From Verrucomicrobiota bacterium (lineage in GTDB: Bacteria; Verrucomicrobiota; Verrucomicrobiia; Verrucomicrobiales; V1-33): DNA of 64,000 nt. The position numbers were made by a program, and so were the translations under genes. A model generated the notes under the pieces. The model searched no databases, was not told the origin of the DNA, and worked only from the letters and a program-made list of their open reading frames with translations. This document shows, in pieces, positions 56,667 to 64,000 of this stretch (positions are counted from its first letter, which is position 1; the number at the start of each line of letters is the position of its first letter). The DNA lies in assembly GCA_003402705.1 (NCBI GenBank), contig QQNF01000001.1, forward strand, positions 74,184 through 138,183, in the 5' to 3' direction.

Positions 56667-57929
56667 TCACGCCTTGACCCGGCGCACGTTCGCCCCCAGC
56701 CGCGACAGCTTGTCGTCAATGTGCTCGTAGCCGCGGTCGATGTGATAGAGCCGGTTGATCTCCGTCTCGCCTTCCGCACCCAGCCCCGCCAGCACCAGCG
56801 CCGCACTCGCCCGCAGATCGCTCGCCATGACCGGCGCACCGCTCAGTTGCGGCACTCCCTTGATGACCGCCGTCGCCCCTTCCAGCGTGATCTGCGCCCC
56901 CATCCGGTTCAGTTCCGGCACGTGCATGAACCGTTGCGGGAAAATCGTCTCCGTGATCACACTGATCCCCGGAACGCTAGCATAAAGCGCCGTGAACTGC
57001 GCCTGCATGTCCGTCGGAAATCCGGGATACGGCTCCGTGCGAATCTCCCCGCCCCGCGGATTCTCCGCGCGCGACACCGTGATGCTCTCGCCCTCCACCG
57101 TCACCGGATAACCACTATCTGTCAGGGTCTTCAGAAACGCCGTCATGTGTTCCGGACAGCAGCGCCGCAGCGTCACCCGCTTGCCCGCAATCGCCCCGGC
57201 AATCAGAAACGTCCCCGCCTCGATCCGGTCCGCGATCACCGTGTGCTCCGCCCCGTGCAGCTCCCGCACCCCTTCAATCACAATCCGCCGCGTCCCCGCC
57301 CCTTCAATCTTCGCCCCCATCCGGATCAGGAAATTCGCTAGGTCCTCCACCTCCGGCTCCATCGCCGCCCCTTCAATGACCGTCGTCCCCGGCACCAGCA
57401 CCGCCGCCATCATCAGATTGTCCGTGCCCAGCACCGTCGATCCATGCTTGCCCCGCATGTTCACCTCCCGGCCACCCATGCCCTCGACCGCCTTGATGTG
57501 CATGTTCCCGCCCTGCACCGACACACTCGCGCCCAATTGCTCAAGCCCCCGCAAATGCAGATCCACCGGCCGGTCGCCAATCACACAACCTCCCGGCAGC
57601 GACACCATCGCCTCCCCCGTCCGACCCAGCAGCGGCCCCATCACACAGATCGACGCCCGCATCCGCCGCACCAGATCGTAAGGCGCTTCGCTCTTCACCT
57701 CCTCCGCCTCCACCATCACCGTCCCGCTCGCCCGTTCCACATGCGCCCCCAGACTCGCCAGAATCTGCGTCATGTAATTCGTGTCGCTCAAATCCGGCAC
57801 CCGGTGAATCACACACCGGTCCCGCGTCAGCAGCGTCGCCGCCAGAATCGGCAGCGCCGAATTCTTCGATCCACTGACATAAACGTCCCCCTCCAGCAGG
57901 GAGCCTCCGGTAACGAGCAGTTTGTGCAT
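56667..57929 (-). CDS. murA: UDP-N-acetylglucosamine 1-carboxyvinyltransferase
   Basis: MHKLLVTGGSLLEGDVYVSGSKNSALPILAATLL...LPGGCVIGDRPVDLHL... Confidence 0.95.
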   Translation of the reverse strand: MHKLLVTGGSLLEGDVYVSGSKNSALPILAATLLTRDRCVIHRVPDLSDTNYMTQILASLGAHVERASGTVMVEAEEVKSEAPYDLVRRMRASICVMGPLLGRTGEAMVSLPGGCVIGDRPVDLHLRGLEQLGASVSVQGGNMHIKAVEGMGGREVNMRGKHGSTVLGTDNLMMAAVLVPGTTVIEGAAMEPEVEDLANFLIRMGAKIEGAGTRRIVIEGVRELHGAEHTVIADRIEAGTFLIAGAIAGKRVTLRRCCPEHMTAFLKTLTDSGYPVTVEGESITVSRAENPRGGEIRTEPYPGFPTDMQAQFTALYASVPGISVITETIFPQRFMHVPELNRMGAQITLEGATAVIKGVPQLSGAPVMASDLRASAALVLAGLGAEGETEINRLYHIDRGYEHIDDKLSRLGANVRRVKA

Positions 57930-58009
57930 GAAATAGTCAGGAAAATGGGGATTCCCAACCATCACCCCCCACCCGCCACCTTCAAGGAAGAACTCACCCC
58001 GCAACCACC
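57851..58009. repeat. Left direct repeat of the vapBC-2 insertion (functional murA 5' end plus upstream sequence)
   Basis: The first 61 nt are about 87% identical to 58870-58931, and the terminal ACTCACCCCGCAACCACC is shared with 58951-58968. Confidence 0.75.
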
Positions 58010-58036
58010 ACAGACGCACCACTGCGCCACCTCAGT

Positions 58037-58462
58037 TCAAGACTTCAGATGCAGAAACTGGATGCCGGGGAAGAGCGCAAAATCAGCATCCAAGGAGACG
58101 AGGCGCGACCCGCTTGAGAGTGCGAAGGCGGCAAGGTAGGCGTCCGTCCACATGCGATGGGGAACGGCTGCCTGCGTGGTAAAGGCCTGGAAGTGAGCAT
58201 CCAGACTTGCTGGCTCGACAAGAAACCGGATGTTTGGCAGCACCAGCAAGTCCCGATAAATGGCCCACGCTTCAGCGTTGGTTTTGGGCTTAACAACTGC
58301 CCTGGGGTTGGTGGCCAGCCGGAGAAAGCCCTGCATGGTCGTGCGACAGAAGGCGAACTGGTGAGCCCCGTGACGACTCCAATAGTCGTGGGCGACATGG
58401 TGATGCACATGCCGTTGATCCACGAGCGCCAACCAGATGTTGACGTCGAGCAGATCAATCAT
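58037..58462 (-). CDS. vapC: PIN-domain toxin (VapC family)
   Basis: MIDLLDVNIWLALVDQRHVHH...TDAYLAAFALSSGSRLVSLDADF. Confidence 0.8.
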   Translation of the reverse strand: MIDLLDVNIWLALVDQRHVHHHVAHDYWSRHGAHQFAFCRTTMQGFLRLATNPRAVVKPKTNAEAWAIYRDLLVLPNIRFLVEPASLDAHFQAFTTQAAVPHRMWTDAYLAAFALSSGSRLVSLDADFALFPGIQFLHLKS

Positions 58463-58755
58463 GGCCTTGGCTGCGACTGGTTGGAAACACGGTGGAAACT
58501 CGCGACCTCGTCTTCTTCAAGAATGGCGTACAGCTCCGCATTGGAGCGAGCCGGGGTCACGGTGCCGTCGGCCTCCCACGCCACGGGGAGTGAATTGGGA
58601 TTGCGAGGAACCGTGTCCCTTCCCAATCGTTGCGGCCCACGCAAACCAGCCTCGATGTAGGTGGCGAGCAGTTCCTTGAGAGTGACGCCCTGCTGGACAG
58701 CGCGTGTTTTGACTTCCTTAAAAAGTGAGTCGGGCAGGTCGAGGGTCGTTCTCAT
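58459..58755 (-). CDS. vapB: VapB-type antitoxin (RHH-like)
   Basis: MRTTLDLPDSLFKEVKTRAVQQGVTLKELLATYIEAGL. Its stop overlaps the vapC ATG. Confidence 0.65.
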   Translation of the reverse strand: MRTTLDLPDSLFKEVKTRAVQQGVTLKELLATYIEAGLRGPQRLGRDTVPRNPNSLPVAWEADGTVTPARSNAELYAILEEDEVASFHRVSNQSQPRP

Positions 58756-58869
58756 GGGAGAGGAGTGATGCGGACGCATTAAAATGCAAAAATGCATCGA
58801 ATCCAAGGGAGAATTCAGGCCACCGAGTCGGGCTCTACCTGGATTCCACTGGCGCATCGGCCGCATGAC

Positions 58870-58968
58870 GCAGCGCCAAATTCTTCGATCCACCGACATA
58901 AACATCCCCATTCTAACAGGGAGCCTCCGGTGCGCCGAAATCAGGGAAAAACTCACCCCGCAACCACC
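58870..58968. repeat. Right direct repeat of the vapBC-2 insertion (decayed pseudo-copy of the murA 5' end, start-codon region deleted)
   Basis: GCAGCGCCAAATTCTTCGATCCACCGACATAAACATCCCC...CAGGGAGCCTCCGGT...ACTCACCCCGCAACCACC. Confidence 0.75.
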
Positions 58969-59555
58969 GAACCCCCACGTCCCCGCCGCCGCCTCCCCGC
59001 CAACAACGCCGCCGCCGTCAGCTATCCCGCACTCCCCGACTCCGGCACCACCGTGACCGTCACCGGTCCAAACAAAACCGAGCTGACCACATGCGTTCCT
59101 GGCACCAATGCCTCCGGCGCAATCCCCAGCGCCCCCGGACCACCCGGCACTAGCGCAAACCGCGCCTCACTCTGCCCCGGCCCCGACGCGAACGCCCGAT
59201 CAAACCCGAACGAAGCATAACTTCCATCCGCCCCGATCAGCAGCGAAACCACATCATACGCCCCACCGCTCCCCGTTTCCCTCACCCGCGCAACTGCCGG
59301 AAACACGCCCACAATGTCGCTCGCCCCACCGGAACCCGGCCCGCTCGCCACAAACATCCCCGACGGCAATTCCATCCGAAAACCACTGCTCAGCACCATG
59401 CTCACCGGCACCAGCGGATTCGCCGACATTTCCTCAAACGTGTACGTCGTCCCGCCCAACCCATCCGGCACCACCACCATCGCGATCGCCGCCCCCACCT
59501 CCGCCATCCCCAGCCATAACAAACAACACACAGAAACCGATCGGAACATCATCAT
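58953..59555 (-). pseudogene. Secreted PEP-CTERM protein gene with an in-frame TAG inside the sorting signal
   Basis: ...VTVTVVPESGSAG-TAG(59022-59024)-LTAAALLAGRRRRGRGGSVVAG-TGA. The annotated ORF stops at the TAG. Confidence 0.5.
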
Positions 59556-59567
59556 TGCGTTAGAAAA

Positions 59568-59933
59568 TTGAAAGCCTCGCCCTTCAGGCATCCGCTCCCA
59601 TCACCCCACTTCCCCCACCCCGCAACCGCACCGACCACCGAAGTCTGCTCCAATCATTACAGAACATCCAGCCATGACGTCTATGATGCGAGCGATCTCA
59701 TCAAACCTGGGCGTGACGCATACGTCCTACCGCCCTCCGACTGCCCCGCCTGCGGACGTCGGAAGCTGCTGGTGCGGGAGGATGCCTTCCGCACGGTCAG
59801 TGGCGCATCGAAGGACCGGGCCTCACGGGTGGTGTCCCTGAAAGCCTGGGAACTGAAGGTCACCTTCAGCGAACTTGGCTGGGCGGCGGTGAAACCGGGA
59901 ACGTCAACCTGCAGGGCATTCGCAGCCTTGTAG
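59568..59933 (+). CDS. Repeated-module ORF, copy A (most diverged; start uncertain)
   Basis: Contains ...GRRKLLVREDAFRTVSGASKDRASRVVSLKAWELKVTFSE, homologous to copies B and C. Confidence 0.3.
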   Translation: MKASPFRHPLPSPHFPHPATAPTTEVCSNHYRTSSHDVYDASDLIKPGRDAYVLPPSDCPACGRRKLLVREDAFRTVSGASKDRASRVVSLKAWELKVTFSELGWAAVKPGTSTCRAFAAL

Positions 59934-59958
59934 TCAAGGCCGTGGAACATCGATTTAG

Positions 59959-60032
59959 CTAGCAGACACTGCGCACCGTGCCCTCCTTCACTTCCCGGTG
60001 CCTCGGCACGGGAGCGACTCATTGAGCTTCAT
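59959..60032 (-). pseudogene. hicA: Vestigial hicA toxin (internal deletion plus frameshift)
   Basis: An ATG overlaps the hicB stop (ATGA) and gives MKLNESLP.. then a stop. A shifted frame encodes VPRHREVKEGTVRSVC-stop, resembling the HicA C-terminus (P.H..kE[IL]k.GTlrsI.KQ). Confidence 0.35.
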
Positions 60033-60268
60033 GCCGGAGCCAGTTCAATGCGATGCCGCACGCTACCTGGGGCGGGCTTGCGCTTCCGGGCTTCATCCCG
60101 GTGGTAGTCGAGCACAAGACGCAGCGCATCCAGCAGATTGGCCTCCGCCTCCTCTACCGTCTCCCCTTCCGAAAACACTTCCGGAAACTCTTCAAACGCG
60201 CAGGTGAAGCCTCCCTCGGGGGCTGGCTCATATACGGCCGTCAGATTTAGTTTGGCAGATGATTTCAT
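60029..60268 (-). CDS. hicB: HicB-family antitoxin (UPF0150 fold)
   Basis: LTAVYEPAPEGGFTCAFEEFPEVFSEGETVEEAEANLLDALRLVLD is a typical HicB N-terminal domain. Confidence 0.75.
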   Translation of the reverse strand: MKSSAKLNLTAVYEPAPEGGFTCAFEEFPEVFSEGETVEEAEANLLDALRLVLDYHRDEARKRKPAPGSVRHRIELAPA

Positions 60269-60351
60269 GGCCGCAGTGTGCGGGACAGAGCCTTCCGCTT
60301 CAAGTTCAAGTTGTCCGCTGGCATTCGCGAACCCGCCAGGGGTACCTCCCC

Positions 60352-60594
60352 ATGCCCCCCGGCCGCGAACAACAGAAGCCCTTGGAGCTGCTAGTGCGGG
60401 AGAATGTCTTCCTCACGGTCAGCGACGCATGGAAGGACCGCACCTCCGGCATGGTGTCTTTGAAGGGCCGGGAACTGACGGTCCATTTCAGCGACCCAGC
60501 AAAGCGCGATGCATTCATCGATCGACGCATGGATCGGATCCCCCACGTTCGACAGCTTTGTCACTCCCAAAAAGATCAGCGCCCCGGCCCATGA
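60352..60594 (+). CDS. Repeated-module ORF, copy B
   Basis: MPPGREQQKPLELLVRENVFLTVSDAWKDRTSGMVSLKGRELTVHFSDPAKRDAF... Divergent from hicB. Confidence 0.4.
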   Translation: MPPGREQQKPLELLVRENVFLTVSDAWKDRTSGMVSLKGRELTVHFSDPAKRDAFIDRRMDRIPHVRQLCHSQKDQRPGP

Positions 60595-60654
60595 AAACGA
60601 AGGCAACTCCGGAAAACCAGATCGCTATCCCGCCCATCAGGTTCTAGCATTTCC

Positions 60655-61221
60655 CTACGTATCCAGTGCATCAAGCAGCGGTTTCAGGTCAAAAAACATC
60701 GTTCTGAACTGTTCACCTTCGCGGGGTACACCGCTTGGATCGGCGAAGACAAATCCGAACTTTTCGTAATAGCCCGCCACATCGTAATCGTTGTCCGGAT
60801 CGAAGAGCGCGTCCACCGTGACGAAACGTGCTCCTACCCGGGGACAAAGCTCGCATGCGATGTAGCGAAATGCCCATTTCATCAGCGCAGTCCCGGCTCC
60901 TTTCGCCCGTTGGTCTGCCGCCAGCAGGCCGATCTTGATTGCAGGGAAGCTCCGATACCTAACTTTTTCTGCTTCCAGCAGCGGCGATTCCACGAGCAGC
61001 CTGTCCGAGATCAGAGTAATGTAGGCAGCGAGCACACCATCCACGTCCAGATACCAGCACGCACAAATCGACGCGGTACACTCCCGCGCGATCTTTCCCT
61101 GCTTCCAGTAGGTTCCAAACTCTCCGCGCCGAGGGCGGAATCCCGCATGGGACGGCATCTGCAACGGGTTCAGCCGTCTGACCGGAAGCGCCGCGAAGTC
61201 AATTTCCTCATATCGGCTCAT
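60655..61221 (-). CDS. GNAT acetyltransferase of the TacT/KacT-like toxin type
   Basis: ...FPAIKIGLLAADQRAKGAGTALMKWAFRYI...GARFVTVDALFD...VAGYYEKFGFVF. Its ATG overlaps the stop of a small upstream ORF. Confidence 0.65.
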   Translation of the reverse strand: MSRYEEIDFAALPVRRLNPLQMPSHAGFRPRRGEFGTYWKQGKIARECTASICACWYLDVDGVLAAYITLISDRLLVESPLLEAEKVRYRSFPAIKIGLLAADQRAKGAGTALMKWAFRYIACELCPRVGARFVTVDALFDPDNDYDVAGYYEKFGFVFADPSGVPREGEQFRTMFFDLKPLLDALDT

Positions 61222-61412
61222 CGCTGCCCGCCAGAACGTGCAGTCCTTTTCGTTATCCCCGTGGGAGCGGCTTTCATTTCCGCGACAAGGGTTGCGATGA
61301 AGGCTTGGCCCTGAGGGGTGCTGATCGGTTTGCCACTTTTCACGGCACGCAGAACGCTCGTCGCCTGTTTACCGGTGGCCGGGGCAGAAATGGTGTCGAG
61401 CCTGAGCTTCAT
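61218..61412 (-). CDS. Small protein translationally coupled to the GNAT gene (putative antitoxin, not obviously DUF1778)
   Basis: MKLRLDTISAPATGKQATSVLRAVKSGKPISTPQGQAFIATLVAEMKAAPTGITKRTARSGGQR. ATGA overlap at 61218-61221. Confidence 0.45.
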   Translation of the reverse strand: MKLRLDTISAPATGKQATSVLRAVKSGKPISTPQGQAFIATLVAEMKAAPTGITKRTARSGGQR

Positions 61413-61448
61413 GGTCCCCAGTATCGCGTTCCGGCAGCGGTCCCGCAA

Positions 61449-61643
61449 ATGAACTTTGCAGCAGCTTTCGACGACGCCAACCGCGGCCGACAGAAGGCCA
61501 TGGAGGTGCTGGTGCGGGAGAATGTCTTCCGCACGGTCAGCGACGCGTGGAGGGACCGGGCCTCCGGCATGGTGTCTTTGAAGGGCCGGGAACTGACGGT
61601 CACCTTCAGCGACCCGGCAAAGCGCGATGAGTTCTTCACCTAG
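61449..61643 (+). CDS. Repeated-module ORF, copy C (64 aa)
   Basis: MNFAAAFDDANRGRQKAMEVLVRENVFRTVSDAWRDRASGMVSLKGRELTVTFSDPAKRDEFFT. Divergent from the GNAT operon. Confidence 0.45.
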   Translation: MNFAAAFDDANRGRQKAMEVLVRENVFRTVSDAWRDRASGMVSLKGRELTVTFSDPAKRDEFFT

Positions 61644-61845
61644 CTGGAATCCCGGAAAACCAAGTTCCCGGACGCTCCGCCCTCCGTGGATGCGATGGAG
61701 CAGCTGGAGTTGTTTGGGGAGCAGTGAGAAGATCTCACCCCCAGCCTCACGAATCCTCGACTCTGCCAAGTGAAGAAAGAGGGTGCGCTCCAGAGGTCTG
61801 GCCAGCATGGGTTTCTGGTGCGGCGGGAACTACTTACCACCTCAA

Positions 61846-64000
61846 TCACCACCCGGTGGACAGCAGTTCCCTCACGCTGACCGCATTGAGTACGGAACTG
61901 CATGTCTCCCAGTCATCATCCTCAACCCGGCTGTACTTCACGTCGAAAGGGTTCCTCGTCGCTGTCGTCCTGTCGATGAGCTGCCGGGCCTCCTTCTCAT
62001 CATGAAGCGCCACCTGAACCCAGACATCCTCGAGCGTGTCTGGAATCTGCCCGAAAAGTCCGTGAATCGCCTCGAGCCTGTCGGCTAGCACCTCGTGAAC
62101 CCTGTCCTCTACCGAGCCCCGATAGCGGAGATTGGCGATCCAGACCTCGCTCCTCGCCTGCCCGATTCGCTGGATGCGTCCCTTGCGCTGCTCAAGGCGC
62201 GTCGGGTTCCATGGAAGGTCGATGTTGATCAGTGTTGCGAGTCGCTGGAGGTTCAGGCCCTCGGACGCAGCGTCCGTACCTAGCAGAAGCCTGAGGTCGC
62301 CGCTGCGGACCCGCTCCTTGAGAACGTTTCTGTCGCAGCGCTGGAACTTGCCTTCCCGCCAGAAGCCCGAGCGGTTGCTCCCCGCGTAAAGGCCGATGTC
62401 GATGTGGCTGAACTCCGCGCGCCTCGCCAGCTCATCGCCAACCCAGCGGACGGTATCGTAATACTGCGAGAAGAGGATGCACCCGAGATCCAGCCATCGG
62501 GCGGTGACGCCATCGTGAGTTCCGAGCAGGTAGCCGATCAGCGCTTCCAACTTCGGGTCGTTGTTCCCTCCCTGCATGAGCAGATCGAGGCAGCGCCGGA
62601 GCGAAGCGAACTCCGCATCGGTGAAGTTCTTGAATTCGCTCGCGCCCTGAGGCGGTCGTCCCGGCTGCGTCGGCTCTTCCTCCTCCCCGTCGTCTTCTTC
62701 CTCTTCCTCCACTGCGCCTGGTTCCTCGCCCAGCAGTTTCCTGATGGTGCGTCGTCCCGCCTCCATCGAGCTTCCAATCCGCCGCAGCAGCAAGGTCTTG
62801 AAGAATCCCGCCCCTTTCACCCTCTGCTTGAGAAGCTGCGAAAATGCTTCCGCTTCGTCGTAGGCCTCCTTCAGGTAGCTGCCCAGCACGAGCGCGCCGT
62901 TGCTCTCCTCGCCGAACAGTCTGACCGCCACCTTCGGAAGAAAATAGCTACCGGTAGCCGGATTGATCGTCGCCTCCAGATAGCCGCGGGTCCGGCGGAC
63001 AATGCACCGGAGCAGTGGATTGAACCGCTCTCCGTACGTCGGAAGCAGGCTATTGCGAAGCTGTACATTCCGGATCGCCGGCGAGAGCTTCTCCAGACTC
63101 TCCGGGTTGAACTGCCACCGGTCGTCCCGGGCATCGAGATTGCGCCGGATCCGATCAATCGCCGGATCCTCGAAGCGGGACGGCAAGGGATCTCGCACAT
63201 ACTGCCAACCTTCACGGTCGTCATCCGCAGGTACAGCCGCCACCCCCGTGGCCACATCAAGGCAACGACTCGGGCGGAACCACGGGCTCGTCTGCGTCCA
63301 GCCGCCAAGGACACCTTCGTTCCCGTACGAAAGGATGTGAAGAAGATCCCACGCCTCCACCGGATGAAGCTGCACCGGCGTGGCTGTCGCCAGCAGCATG
63401 CTCTTTGTCTTCGGTCCGATCTCGCGCAGAAAAGCCATCAGCTTGTTCGGCTCGGCCTTCTCGTTGATCTTGTCCTCGCCCGCATCCACCGCAGGTACAT
63501 TTCGCCGGCGGGCACGATGCGACTCATCGACAATCACACACGTGTATCGCCGACTGAGCAGCTGACCGACCGCCTCGGACATGCCCCTCACAACCAGTCC
63601 CTGTGAGACCAGTCCTATCCGCCTCGGGCAACGGCCGAGCGATTTTGGGCCTTCTGACGGATACTCCAGATCGTTCTCGTCGACCCATGCACGGCCATTC
63701 CAACGTGCCGACGGAAGCAGAAGGAGTTCCATCAGTTCATCCTGCCACTGCTGGAGCAGCGGTTTCGGAGCCAGAACCAGAATCGGGCCGCCGCCGGGAT
63801 CATCCAGCGCCATCAGCAGAGCGGCCATCGCCAGCTGCACGGTCTTTCCAAGGCCGACCTGGTCGGCTAGAACAAGCCTTGCTCCTCCCAGACGGTGCCG
63901 CTCCAGCGCCAGCCGGGCAAAGTACTTCTGGTGCGGCCACAGCCCCTGCTCCCGACGGTAAACCGGCGATTCCACCGCCGCCGCCGCCGCCACCGCGGTC
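61846..64000 (-). CDS. SNF2-family helicase (DEAD-like N lobe, long insert, helicase C); 5' end may lie beyond the window
   Basis: LWPHQ...LADQVGLGKTVQ (motif I), VIVDESHRARR (motif II), LLATATPVQ (III), NIDLPWNPTRLEQRKGRIQRIGQ (VI). The frame is still open at 64000 (GTG at 63993). Confidence 0.85.
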   Translation of the reverse strand, partial: TAVAAAAAVESPVYRREQGLWPHQKYFARLALERHRLGGARLVLADQVGLGKTVQLAMAALLMALDDPGGGPILVLAPKPLLQQWQDELMELLLLPSARWNGRAWVDENDLEYPSEGPKSLGRCPRRIGLVSQGLVVRGMSEAVGQLLSRRYTCVIVDESHRARRRNVPAVDAGEDKINEKAEPNKLMAFLREIGPKTKSMLLATATPVQLHPVEAWDLLHILSYGNEGVLGGWTQTSPWFRPSRCLDVATGVAAVPADDDREGWQYVRDPLPSRFEDPAIDRIRRNLDARDDRWQFNPESLEKLSPAIRNVQLRNSLLPTYGERFNPLLRCIVRRTRGYLEATINPATGSYFLPKVAVRLFGEESNGALVLGSYLKEAYDEAEAFSQLLKQRVKGAGFFKTLLLRRIGSSMEAGRRTIRKLLGEEPGAVEEEEEDDGEEEEPTQPGRPPQGASEFKNFTDAEFASLRRCLDLLMQGGNNDPKLEALIGYLLGTHDGVTARWLDLGCILFSQYYDTVRWVGDELARRAEFSHIDIGLYAGSNRSGFWREGKFQRCDRNVLKERVRSGDLRLLLGTDAASEGLNLQRLATLINIDLPWNPTRLEQRKGRIQRIGQARSEVWIANLRYRGSVEDRVHEVLADRLEAIHGLFGQIPDTLEDVWVQVALHDEKEARQLIDRTTATRNPFDVKYSRVEDDDWETCSSVLNAVSVRELLSTGW

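Noticed and set aside
59568-61643. CRISPR array or integron attC sites as an explanation for the three repeated modules
   Set aside because: The units are about 130-150 nt, 75-90% identical and irregularly spaced by whole genes. They keep an open reading frame. No cas genes or integron integrase are present, and no RYYYAAC/GTTRRRY core pair was found.

Overview
High-GC (about 65%) bacterial chromosomal window. The gene content suggests Verrucomicrobiota or Planctomycetota (inference): a DUF1549/DUF1553 + DUF1501 pair, DUF1552, PEP-CTERM proteins and a MoxR-DUF58-vWA operon. Housekeeping genes: mgtE (partial), rpmH-rnpA-yidD-yidC, accA and murA. Accessory content: (1) five toxin-antitoxin cassettes (BrnTA, two VapBC, an orphan HicB with a vestigial hicA, and a GNAT toxin pair), each bracketed by direct repeats. 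One VapBC cassette sits between duplicated copies of the murA 5' end. (2) A cassette-array-like island at 59.5-61.7 kb, where a roughly 150-nt module encoding a conserved ~50-aa peptide occurs three times, interleaved with TA genes and abutting an SNF2 helicase that runs into the window edge. (3) A LysR-associated operon of about 10 kb of unknown function (two outer-membrane barrels, two DUF3604, a DUF1214-like protein, a parvulin-like PPIase, HupE/UreJ) carrying a ~27-nt motif repeated five times. (4) A stand-alone kinase-like gene resembling the polyvalent-protein kinase domain. (5) Two lower-GC mosaic islands with an IS21-type transposase remnant, a truncated hydrolase, a read-through ORF with two PEP-CTERM signals, and a PEP-CTERM gene interrupted by an in-frame amber codon. 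No rRNA, tRNA or CRISPR array was seen. All family assignments come from reading motifs by eye, with no searches run.
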